A stretch of 62,388 nucleotides of DNA, the filler included, from Intoshia linei (taxonomy: Eukaryota > Animalia > Orthonectida), in the NCBI GenBank assembly GCA_001642005.1. It is 11 parts of 11 records of this genome, joined end to end, with 100 filler letters (N's around TTAATTAATTAA, not from the genome) between each part and the next. Parts side by side here need not be neighbours in the genome. Positions count along the whole stretch, not along the records: positions 25,303 to 29,018 come from LWCA01002054.1; positions 29,119 to 31,837 come from LWCA01002233.1; positions 31,938 to 34,415 come from LWCA01002305.1; positions 34,516 to 37,130 come from LWCA01002269.1; positions 37,231 to 40,137 come from LWCA01002267.1; 6 more parts are not named here. The stretch is one strand, 5' to 3'. The stretch's first letter is position 1. The number at the start of each line of letters is the position of its first letter. The position numbers and the translations under genes were made by a program. Of the stretch, positions 26,477 through 37,780 are shown piece by piece. Below the pieces are notes generated by a model, which ran no database searches, had not been told where the DNA came from, and saw only the letters and a list, made by a program, of their open reading frames with translations.

Positions 26477-26542
26477 ATTCTTAGTAACGTGATAATTTAA
26501 ACTAATAAAGTTTACACTAAAAATATTTTATAATTTATAATT

Positions 26543-27762
26543 TTAATCTATGCATTTGAATAACTTTAATATCTTGATTATGTTTCTTCTGTAATCTCTA
26601 GACATGATGCCATATATGATTGGATTCAAAGCTGTACTACTGTAACCAAACATTGATAACACGGCTATATGAGTAATTATACAGTTTTCATAGAAATATT
26701 TAGCCAATCTTGTTTCCATTAATATATCAAAAAGATGGACTGGAAACATTGTTATTATAAACGATACTGATATTGAAATCATCATTTTTCCTATCTAAAT
26801 TTATTTTTTTTGATATAGAGCTAAAGCTTTTGATTGTACCTTTTTGTTACTTTGTACACGGTTTTTATAGCTTACATTTGAAATAACCATTGCATTTGTA
26901 TTTCCTTGATTACTAATATTTTTGTTCACGTGGTTCATTTCAATCGTGATTAGAATGCAGGATATAACAAGAGTTACTAACGGTATAAAAAATAGTAAGA
27001 CGAATCGAATTGGTACAAATATGCTTTCAAAGGCTAAAACCATATAAATTGTACATTACTTTTTTGTAACATTACTAATGGGTGTATGACTGTTTATTAT
27101 TAAATTCCAGTATGAGTAATCAACATAGCACATCCATAAACGAAGTTTTTTTGTTGTATATTTTGTTCCAATAAATGTATACTCTATTGGCTTAGCAATT
27201 GTATTGGGTAAATGAAAAAGTAATGGCAATAGCCAAGATATTACAATCTTTATATAAGTCATTCTTAAAGAACGATTTTTAAGCATTTTTATGGGATTTT
27301 TAATTGCTTGGAATCTATCTTTTAATATATTTGTATATGTATATAATGTTACCTGTCATATGAAATATTCACCAAAATGAGAATAGAATGCTTGGCAATG
27401 GAAGGGGAAAGTGTTAGAAAAATTGGACATAAAATGGGATGGCATTGAAAATAATTTGAAGTAAGCATAATGATTTTTGAAATCATAAAAAATGTAGACA
27501 TGAAAAAATCGCAAATGCATAAATCTGTCAACATGATATTATTGCGATTTTTACTTTTTGCGAATCCAAATGTGTAAATAGCTACTGAATTTCCTATGAA
27601 AGAATGGGATTAGAATGAAATTAAAATACCAATGATGGACACGACAAATATAATTCCGACAATAATAAAAATCATTAATTTAACTTGCCAAAATTGCATG
27701 AAATCACTATAATCGAGCACAATTGACTTGGTACACTTTAAGTTTTGTGTAATATTCCACAT
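26543..27762 (-). CDS. Class A (rhodopsin-like) GPCR, probable peptide receptor; 5 exons
   Basis: TM1 SIIGN, TM2 LTDLCICDF, TM3 LC...ISYDRFQAIKNP, TM4 ISWLLP..FHLP, TM5 LFFIPLV, TM6 FIITMFP, TM7 YSSTALNPIIYG; short GT-AG introns (e.g. 27594-27629). Confidence 0.92.
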
Positions 27763-27921
27763 GAAGGAGTAAACGAAATGTACAAGTAATGGTGTATTTG
27801 CATAATCCTTTTGTATATAATGTCTTCACTTATGATCAATTAAAAAAATACATTATCAAGTATTGATTTGAGATATTACAAACATTGTTAATTTAAAATA
27901 ACCGTGTCAAGTAATAATATA

Positions 27922-27987
27922 CAGTGAAAACCCTCTATAAGCATACTTTATATAAGCATAAAGTGTGCTTATAGGGACTTTTCACCG
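27922..27987. mobile_element. 66-bp Tc1/pogo (Tigger-like) mini-MITE
   Basis: TA|CAGTGAAAACCCTCTATAAGCA...TGCTTATAGGGACTTTTCACCG|TA. Confidence 0.75.
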
Positions 27988-28239
27988 TATTATGAACAAT
28001 ATATTTTCTTTTAATAATGAGTTTACTAATCCAAAAATAAAGCTGACGTAAATTAATAATAAATAAGATTATAACATTTCCTTAATCGAGAAGGGACGAG
28101 AATAATATATACTCGATAATAAATTGTTTTGAATGATACATTACATGAAATATTGGATTACGTATGCATTTTTACTTTTAACTTGTAATTGAAAATAAAT
28201 CATAATTGTGAAGTAAAATAAAAATCTTTTACTTTATTA

Positions 28240-29018
28240 CACTAGAAGACACTGAAAAATACATCTGCATAAAAATAATACCATCTTCTGGATAATCTAG
28301 CGCTGATTTTAATGATATAATATATTTATAAGTTTTAGTTCATATAACCCATTTATTAATACTTATAATGTTAAAAAAAATATAACAAANCATTTATTAA
28401 TACTTATAATGTTAAAAAAAATATAACAAAGTTTCACTTCAATTCTAAAATTGACCAATTATATCATTCAAAATGTTTACTTTAAAATATGTGAAGTTTT
28501 TTAAGTTTTAATATTTACTTATTAATTTAAAATGCATGTCTACAAAATAAACGAAACATATTATTGCTTTTGATGTAGTATATATTTGCCAAACACCAAA
28601 AAATGTTTATCTATAACTGATAAATGTAAAAATTTGATAATGCAAATATACAGTTTAATGTACGAGAATTAACTTTGAAATCCTTCAAATCTATATCAAA
28701 TATGCCATTCGTCTATAATGAGATTTAAAAAGAGATTTGTGACACCTAGAATATGGAAACATTCAGAAAGTGCGAATGACTGCTATTTCTGTATTCTGAA
28801 AAGAAGAAAACAAACAAATAAATTAAGCCTTTACTCTTATCCGGCCACCAAAAGTTCAACTTTACCAATTCCAATGCAAGTATATAATTTAGTTTCATCA
28901 TCCCAGCCGTTACATCCCAAGAAACAGTTGTTTCAATGTATACTGAGGAATTTCCAAATCAACCAACTATTATTACAGAAAAAAAATTAAATTTATTAAT
29001 ATATTTTTTTTAAATATC
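28240..29018 (+). mobile_element. Chapaev3-like (CMC) DNA transposon, 5' end and degenerate transposase N-terminus
   Basis: Starts tta|CACTAGAAGACACTG; encodes RFVTPRIWKHSESANDCYFC...YSYPATKSSTLPIP, resembling recalled Chapaev3 F.IPRIWREP..H...CYFC...YP...S...PVP; second copy at 42738. Confidence 0.7.
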
Positions 29019-30071
29019 NNNNNNNNNNNNNNNNNNNNNNNNNNNNNNNNNNNNNNNNNNNNTTAATTAATTAANNNNNNNNNNNNNNNNNNNNNNNNNN
29101 NNNNNNNNNNNNNNNNNNAATCCAAATTCAAGACCATCGCGTCAAATTAAAACACCCTCATATCTTAAAAAACACTATATATATGATAAATATGATTCTG
29201 ATAATTAAGAAATATTTTTTTTATTTCTCAAACGTATCTATATATATTTCACTAAAAAATTTTTTTTCTCTCACGACTTATCCTGGAGGGAAGGTGTAGC
29301 GTTGCTATAGCTCTTATGTACATATTTGACTTTATTTATACTCTTATTTACACAAATTAGACAACCGTACTTTTACAAATAGATTCTGTGAACAACTTAA
29401 ATTTATAATTTTTGTATACCAATAAATTAATTATTATATCTCATTACACACCCATCAAAGAATCAAGGGCAATTAGCACTAAACGTGTGTATTTTTAAAA
29501 TAGAAAAACTAATTCGCAATCAAAAACATTTAACGCTATCTATTCTAGTTGCGTTTGTCATTCTAAATATCACTGTATAAATATTATTGGAGACATTAAA
29601 ACTGAACTTTATTTTAACGAGAATTGGCGTTTGAGCTTTTAAATGTGGTATCGACTTTATAATATTGTTCCCCATGTTCAGTTATACTATCTATACTATT
29701 ACTACTACTACTAGTACACTATTATACTATTTTAGATCAATTTTTTTGAATTTTATTAACGATTTAATTTCTTGAATTCTGGCTAAATAGTCAATTAAAA
29801 GTGTTTAAATTTTATTCAATTGCATAATATGAATTCCATAAGCTAGTTACTATATATAAGTATATAAGTAAGGATTATATTAAATTTTTTTCTTTCACTT
29901 CTTACTTTTATTTGAATATTTAGATTGTACTTTTCTAATGGAAACTTTGTAAAAGGAGTAAATGACAAAGTTGAAACTCGTGTCTTACAAGATAGTTTTG
30001 GGTCAGTTAAATCTATTTTAAAATTTTGCAATTTACCTTTCAAACAGGGTAAATAAAAAATATATATAAAT

Positions 30072-30332
30072 CAGTCATTCTCAATGTGGACCACCGGATC
30101 CACAGAAAAATTTTGATTTTAAAACATCTTGTTTATAGTTTTGTTAAAAAGAATTATACAATGTTAATTTAGATTTAATTAGTAAATTATATTGGAGTTT
30201 TTTCCATAGCGCCAAATGTAAGTGGGCAAAGTGAAATACATGTATTAATTGACAATATATTTTTATTTCGTAAACATTAAAGTTGATTTTACGATACGCG
30301 TCCACACCTCGAAAAAAGGTTTAGAATGACTG
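30072..30332. mobile_element. hAT Charlie-type MITE
   Basis: TIR CAGTCATTCTCAA / TTTAGAATGACTG; flanks atataaat/atttatat. Confidence 0.7.
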
Positions 30333-30372
30333 ATTTATATAGTACGGTTAATATTCAATGTACAATTTTTAG

Positions 30373-31371
30373 TTGGATTATTTAATAATTTGGTTAGAAA
30401 GCTTACAAAACATGGATATGTTGATAATTACAACCTAAGAGGTGCTCCATATGATTTTAGAAACCTTCCAGGTATTTATAAAATTATTTAAATATTATTT
30501 TGTATAAAATATTATTTAGACAATAAATACTATGAAAAATTAAAAATTTTGATTGAACAGACATATCAAATAAATAGAAACAAAAAGGTTGTAATATTAT
30601 CTCATTCGTTCGGTGGAATAGTCTGCAACATATTTCTAAATAAAATGGCCAAAAATTGGCGTTCAAAATACATTAAAAGCTTAATTACATTTGGCACGCC
30701 TTGGGGCGGTACCTTAAAATCTTTAAACATGATATTGAGAGGTAAATATGATTTTAAAAATATTTAATTATAATAATTATTATTATTTAGGTGATAATTT
30801 AAATATACCATTAATTAAAGCACAAGATATTTACCTGCAACAACGTTCTATGCAGGTAGCTTTATATTTACTGCCAAATGAAATTGTATGGAGTAGGGAC
30901 CAAGATTTGGTGGTAAATAAAAATGTGACTTATGCAATAAAGGATTTAGAAAAATTGTTTATTGATACAAAATACTATGAAGGTTTTCTTCGGTACGCTT
31001 CAATTTTAAATATTATGAAACCGAGACAAACACCAAATGTAAAAACATATTGTATACATGGATCTGGAAAACCAACTATGAGCAAAATTATATATAAAAA
31101 AAAATTTCCATTAGGTCTACCCGAATATATTTATGGCAATGGAGACGGGTCTGTCAATTTAAAATCTCTAGCATATTGTAAAGAATGGAAAACTAAATAC
31201 AAAGTAATTTATAAAGTGTTTAAAAATACTGAACACACTAATGGATTATACAATAAATCAGTAATGAATTATATTCACGAAATATTGGATTTACCGAAAA
31301 TCAAAAAAACTAGATATGAAAAGTTGATCCATAACATTCAAAAATTTTGCAATGTAACAGTTTTAGGTTAA
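30373..31371 (+). CDS. LCAT / group XV phospholipase A2-like, last three exons (5' exons not in this contig)
   Basis: NLRGAPYDFR, nucleophile elbow VILSHSFGG, GTPWGG, catalytic Asp in GDGSVN, His in TEH; introns 30472-30520 and 30742-30790. Confidence 0.92.
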
Positions 31372-31480
31372 CTTTTAATACACCTTTATAAAATAATTGT
31401 GCTGCATTAATTCGATAATTAATGTTTAATTTATTAGTCTCCAATTATTGCTGATCAGGATGAAAATTATAAAGGTTTAA

Positions 31481-31837
31481 CCCTTTCACTGTCTGTGTAT
31501 TTGATAGTATAAAATCTATACTATACATAGTATACTTTTGAAAAACTTTATTCTTTTATTTTCATACATTTTCACATCGATAACACTGCCTAACACCAAA
31601 AACATGCAAGGATGATGAATACATCATCTTTTTCGTCTCAATGAACTGGTAAACGCTATAACAATATTATTTTTCAATCACGTCCAGATTTTTTTTTAAT
31701 TGACGGTAAAGTTGCAAAAATGTCAAAAATAAGGGGTTTTTAAAGCCATCTTAAACACAATTAGAAACACCATATATATCATTATACATATATAATATAT
31801 TAATTAATGTCATAATATATTTTGTTTAATAAAAAAT
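31481..31837. mobile_element. piggyBac-type terminus (second copy near 52183)
   Basis: TTAA|CCCTTTCACTGTCT at both sites. Confidence 0.6.
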
Positions 31838-32139
31838 NNNNNNNNNNNNNNNNNNNNNNNNNNNNNNNNNNNNNNNNNNNNTTAATTAATTAANNNNNNN
31901 NNNNNNNNNNNNNNNNNNNNNNNNNNNNNNNNNNNNNTCGAAATATTTGGAAAATATTGGTTGATAATATATTAAAAACTATTTTCACCGGCAATGCGTA
32001 AATTTCAGAAGTTGAAATTTTGTATTTATATCGACTGGAATAAGCTCCTTCAGAATTCTTTAATTTAATTTTTGGACCGTTAATTATTTCACATTTTTTG
32101 TTTTATTAAAATATTTCAAAAAAAAAATAAATGAATATA

Positions 32140-32582
32140 AAATGCTTTTTTAACCGTGAAGTCATCACTTATTCGGATTGAAATTTTTTGTATGTGTTAA
32201 CAAGATACAACTGTACCACCTCTAAATTTTTTTATATTCTAGGATTGTTTTAATTAAAAAAAGAAGAGTAATTTGGGGTTTTGACCCTGAAGATATTTTT
32301 TTAAATTTAAATTTATGATAATGTTTATGATTTTAAAATCCGTATCCGCGTATATATTTTTTTAAACTCTCCAACTCGTTTGATTTTTAAAAAGAGGGAC
32401 AATTGGGGTTTTTGATCCGTAAAATGTGAGTTTGGGAGGTTGAAATTTATTTTATTATATGCCCCGAAAAGAACTGTAATTGAAATGTGAACTTTATAAA
32501 ATTCTAAGACTAGTAATTATTGAAATAAAGTGGAACACAAACACGTTAACAAATATTGCGTAGCATATTATATAAGTAAGGA
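32140..32582 (-). mobile_element. Non-autonomous Helitron-like repeat
   Basis: Minus-strand 5' end A|TCCTTACTTATATAA plus shared internal block. Confidence 0.75.
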
Positions 32583-34515
32583 TATATTTTTAATACTCAA
32601 AAATACTCAGTTTGGACAAATGAGGCCCGATTTTATGAAAATTTTATTGATCTACGCAATCCTTCCCCCATCCCGAAGAGAGGTCTTGATACGCTAGATT
32701 CGACCTTGGGTCAAGCCACTATAATCACTGCTAAAAACGTTTTCAAAAATATTTTTAAAATAATATATGTATTAGTTACTTTGATTTTATCAATGCTGGC
32801 ATCATTAACTTTATTTTTATCAATAATTTCTTGTTTCAGTTTTTCTATGGTACTATTAACAGTGACACTGTCTAAACGAGTCAAAGAGACTTTTCTCCCT
32901 AATTTTTCAATCATAATTTTATGATATTCCTTTGAAACTGCTTCAATGTTCTTTGATAATTGCTTACAGACTCGAATAAGCTGTAAATATTTTTGTTTTG
33001 ACTTTCTAAAATAGTAAAATTATATTCACTAATTATACATTTAAAGATTAGAGATATGGGTTAATTTAACTTCACAGGATTTCTTTGAAATTGTATAATC
33101 TCCTTATTCAATATTAACTACTTAATTTTTAGTCTACTTAAAAATGTACCAATTATTTTAAACTTTTTTTTAAATAAATCATTTTATAACCTTTCTACAA
33201 AAATATTAAATCTTTTTATACAATATAATAATGTATATCAAATGTAGAAACCTGTTTCGGATAGATACCAAAGGAAAATTAAAAGTACCAGTTAGTGATT
33301 GTCCCCGGGAAAAACGGGACAAAATTCCAGTGATTTTTTGAAAAAATGATATACTCTACCAGAGTCGACCTTATCATACCCGAAATACCTCTATTACGAA
33401 AGAATAGTAAAATTTAATCTAAAAATAATAAAAAAATTGTTGAATAGATAAAAGAGAATATGAAAAATTTATTAGTAACGAAAAACACGATTAAGAATAC
33501 ATGTGGTTTAAAATATGGTATCTTACATATTTTTATATTACTTTATTTAAATTTTCCCGGAAATCACAAATAAATTATGATTCCATTTTTTATTTTGAGA
33601 AAGTAGACAAAGTCAANTTTATTTAAATTTTCCTGAAAATCACAAATAAATTATGATTCCATTTTCCATTTTGAGAAAGTAGACAATCTCAAAAATATAA
33701 CTTTTTGATAAAAATATTTTAAATTATCATTGAATAAAATCTGAGTTAAACTTTTTCAATTTGCCGTAAAATGATATACATAATAAATGGTCAAATTTAT
33801 TACATTGCACAATAAAGCCACCTCAGAATTTAAATTAAGTCATTTAAAAATTTTTAAATTTGAAGTAAAATGATATATTGCATTATAGTCACATGGATTT
33901 CCTACGGCCTCAGGTTGTGCACCCCTGTACTAAACCCTATGATGAAAAACCTTTCATTTTATCAACAATTTTTTATATTTCATGTTTTCTTTGAGGTTCA
34001 AAAAAATAAATATTTTGAAATGAGATCCCGTAATTCTGTACACTATTTGAACCGGGAACCACTGTATTAAAAAAATAAAAAAAATTTGATTTTTATTCAA
34101 CTTAGCCTATATTTGCAGGTAATTTCATTTTATATAATTAATAATCAACCATTATTATCATCATTAATCAATAAAATAATATAATGTTTTACATATCATA
34201 AGCTTTTAATTTCAACCAAAAAAACGTTAGCATAATTATGATGCTAGTCATTTTAAGTTAAAATTTAACGGAATTTTTGTACTTTAGAAAAATTCACAGT
34301 CCGTTAATAAGGATTTTTTTCCGTTATCGTGTTTTGTTTGTTTTATGTTATGTTATGTGTTAATTTTTTGTTGTCTGAATTTAATACAACTTTATACTTT
34401 CCAGGATTATTAATTNNNNNNNNNNNNNNNNNNNNNNNNNNNNNNNNNNNNNNNNNNNNTTAATTAATTAANNNNNNNNNNNNNNNNNNNNNNNNNNNNN
34501 NNNNNNNNNNNNNNN

Positions 34516-34957
34516 TTTTGACCGTGAAGTCGTCACTTATTCGGATTGAAATTTTTTTATGTGTGTTAAAATGATACAACTCTACCACCTGTAAATTTTT
34601 TGAAATTTTAGGGCTGTTTAAAAAAAAAAGAAAGGAATTTAGGACTTTGCCCATGAAGATATAATTTTTTTATTTTTAAATTTATGATAATATTTATGAT
34701 TTTGAAATTCACATCAGCGTATATATTTTTTTAAATTCTCCAACTCGTTTGATTTTCAAAAAGAGGGAGAACAGGGGTTTTTGACCTTTAAGATGTGAAA
34801 TTGGGAAATTGAAATATATCTTAATATACGCCCCGAAAAAAACTATAATTAAAATGTGGTCTTTAAAAAATTCTAGGACGGGTAGTTATTTAAATAAAGC
34901 TGAACACACACACACACAGACAAACAAAAATCGCGTAGCCTTTTATATAAGTCAGGA
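34516..34957 (-). mobile_element. Non-autonomous Helitron-like repeat
   Basis: Same family; (CA)n microsatellite near the 5' TC end. Confidence 0.75.
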
Positions 34958-35568
34958 TTAATAATCAATTGATTATACAAATTTAATAAAATGAAAAAAA
35001 ACCTGATCTTTTTACTACTAAAATAAACACGCTTTATTATTTTGTTTGTGAAATGTATGTTTCATTTTTGTCACTATAATTGAATTTCTATATGGTTAAT
35101 TGTTAAGTATTTAATGGTGCATTCAACATTTACATGATTTAATTATATTATTATTTTTTAACAAGATAAATAAGAGTAAAATTATACACCAATGAAAATT
35201 TTCACTTGGGAGAGTTTAAAATTGCGCCTTTTAAAATATTTTTGTGACAGGTAATAATTAATGTTAGTGATAATTTTTGTCTCCAAGTGTCTCACCAAAA
35301 TTTCAATTATTTCAAATTATTTAATATCACCTAATTGTATATCTATCTATCTATTTTGTCAATATAGTTGTAGTTTTTATTATATTATTACATTTAATGC
35401 ATGTATTATGATATTTATATAATTATATAAATAATATATTTATAATTGTATAATTATGAAATACAATGTACTACGTGTATTGTTAATATGTTTAATGAGT
35501 TATATATGTTATATCATGCATTAGATATCTATTTACATTTTTGTTAATTTATTAATCTAATGTGTTAG

Positions 35569-36858
35569 CAAATTGCGGTATTGGTGAATATGTAACATCT
35601 CTAAATGAATGCAAAAAATGTCCACTTGGAACATTTTTGACACTAAAAGACCGATACAGTCATGCGTGCACACCTTGTCCTCATACGTTCACTACATCCC
35701 GTGAAGGTTCCACGTCTCAATTGGACTGTTTCTGTAATTACGTTTTTATAATTATGTATTAAATTTTAGCAAATACATGTAAAAATAAAAAACACAATTG
35801 CGGTTCATTTGAGGATGGTAATATTTGTGTTGATATTTCAAATGGATTCAAATGTGAATGTAGACGGGGATGGATTAAAACTGACTGGACTTGTAGACGT
35901 ATGTATTTAATATTAATTTGAATGCAATGTGACCAATAAATGCTGAATAATTCGTTCACTATTTATTAATTTGAGATACATGTATATCTAAATTTTAACA
36001 CCATTTATCATTAAAAAATTCACCTACCTTATATAGTCGCAGTTAAACTTTTATGTCAAATTCTTTAGTCTTAAGTGGCATTAACGTTTTTAATCTAATT
36101 GTGTCCGAATAGGATAGGACCGAATGGTATGTTTAGACCGATTGTCGGTAAACTGTGATACCCATGACAATATGCTGAATAAGTAATAATACATATATTA
36201 TAACAACCATAATTAATATGGTTACCACTAAAATAACTTTTTATATAGTTCAGGTTGTTTATAAAATATTTTAAGAGTTATCTAAAATCAATCACTTGTT
36301 AAAAATTAAAGTGGTAATCTTTTTGTTCGGTTACCGTTTTTGTATGAAATACTCAAAATACCGGATAGTGTTTAATATACTATATATAATATGCATTGTA
36401 TATATATTTTACATTTTTAGATCAGTGTGATAATGATTTTTGTAAAAATGGAGGAATATGCGACAGACAAAACATTGAAAATCCTAGATGCATATGTCGA
36501 GCTCCTTATACTGGAGCCAATTGCAATTCTATTGATACTACCACATCAAACAATGAATATGATTCATGTAATAGAAACTAATTTTTAATATTTTAATTTT
36601 TACATAGATACTCGAACAATAATAATAATTGCATCTACAATTGGAGGTGTTATTGTGTTGGGAATAGTCATTATTTTGGTTGCCAAATTCTTAACCTCTG
36701 GCATCAAATCAGCTTCCAAACCAGTTAATTATATTAACCATGGGTTCGATGGAAATAACCCTTACCCCTCAACTCACAAAGTTGGATCCATGGCTGGTAC
36801 CAATCGATTTGCTCAGAGATTACCTAATCAGTCGGTAGAGTTTTATGATATACCGTAA
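35569..36858 (+). CDS. Type I membrane protein, last four exons: ephrin-receptor-like (GCC) Cys repeat, two EGF domains, TM helix, short tail
   Basis: CKKCPLGTF...CTPCP...TTSREGSTSQLDC; NTC...HNC....ICVDISNGFKCECRRGW....TC; CDNDFCKNGGIC...CICRAPYTGANC; TM IIIIASTIGGVIVLGIVIILVA; phase-1 domain exons. Confidence 0.88.
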
Positions 36859-36999
36859 AAGCAAAAGGAAATTTATCTTAAATTATTATTAAAGTTATTG
36901 TTTGTTATTGAATAAATATATTAAAGACTATTTTATGTATTAAATCGGATGATAAATAAAGGGTGTCTACTCAAATCCAACCATTTTTACTCAAAATTA

Positions 37000-37130
37000 A
37001 AATTTACCAACATTAACAAGAAAAATTCAGTTTAAACAACCTTTAAATGAAAAATCCAGTTTTACCAACCTTAAAGGGAAAATTCTAGTTTTACCAACCT
37101 TTAACGGAAAAATCCAGTTTTACCAACCTT
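37000..37130. repeat. About 30-bp minisatellite running into a gap
   Basis: Unit aaaaatccagttttaccaaccttaa repeated 4-5 times. Confidence 0.85.
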
Positions 37131-37439
37131 NNNNNNNNNNNNNNNNNNNNNNNNNNNNNNNNNNNNNNNNNNNNTTAATTAATTAANNNNNNNNNNNNNN
37201 NNNNNNNNNNNNNNNNNNNNNNNNNNNNNNATCCTTCCACTTTGTAAAAGATGATATTTTTATCAGTAAAATTGTTCAATATTAAAATAAAATTTTAAGA
37301 AAAAAGAATATTAACAACACAAAAAAAAATGAATTCACAACATTTATATTTTCTGTACACAAAATTCAACGTTGTTTAATCAAAAGTTTTGAATATCATA
37401 TTGCAAATATTAACCATCTTATTATAATTAATCATAATA

Positions 37440-37780
37440 CAGAAAAAAATGTGTGTATAATTGAAAATACAGAGTTAAAAATTGAAAGAAGTCAAAAAAG
37501 ACAATGTGCAAGTCTAGATTATGTTTGTTCATTGAACTACGATAGAGATACAAGTCATTTATGTGTTGGTGGTTCTTTCAATCAAACCAAGAAGCAAATA
37601 TGCTTTAATGGAAAAATGCAAAACATTGATTTGGCTGGCTATAAACCAATATTCTCTTCCAGTTATTACGAAAAGTATTGCTGGCCAAATTATTTTAATG
37701 GTCCGTCCAACATTACTTGTGATGATATTAAAAGACCATATCAAAAAATTTTCTCAAAATCGAATTCGTGTTCATTATAA
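37440..37780 (+). CDS. Cys-rich terminal exon of an unknown protein (partial duplicate at 38249-38449)
   Basis: Over 110 open codons with 8 Cys in stop-rich DNA; possible tacag acceptor near 37440; AATAAA after the stop; duplicate keeps the frame. Confidence 0.5.

Noticed and set aside
28350-28430. Short direct duplications around single Ns (also near 33617)
   Set aside because: Unmerged contig overlaps
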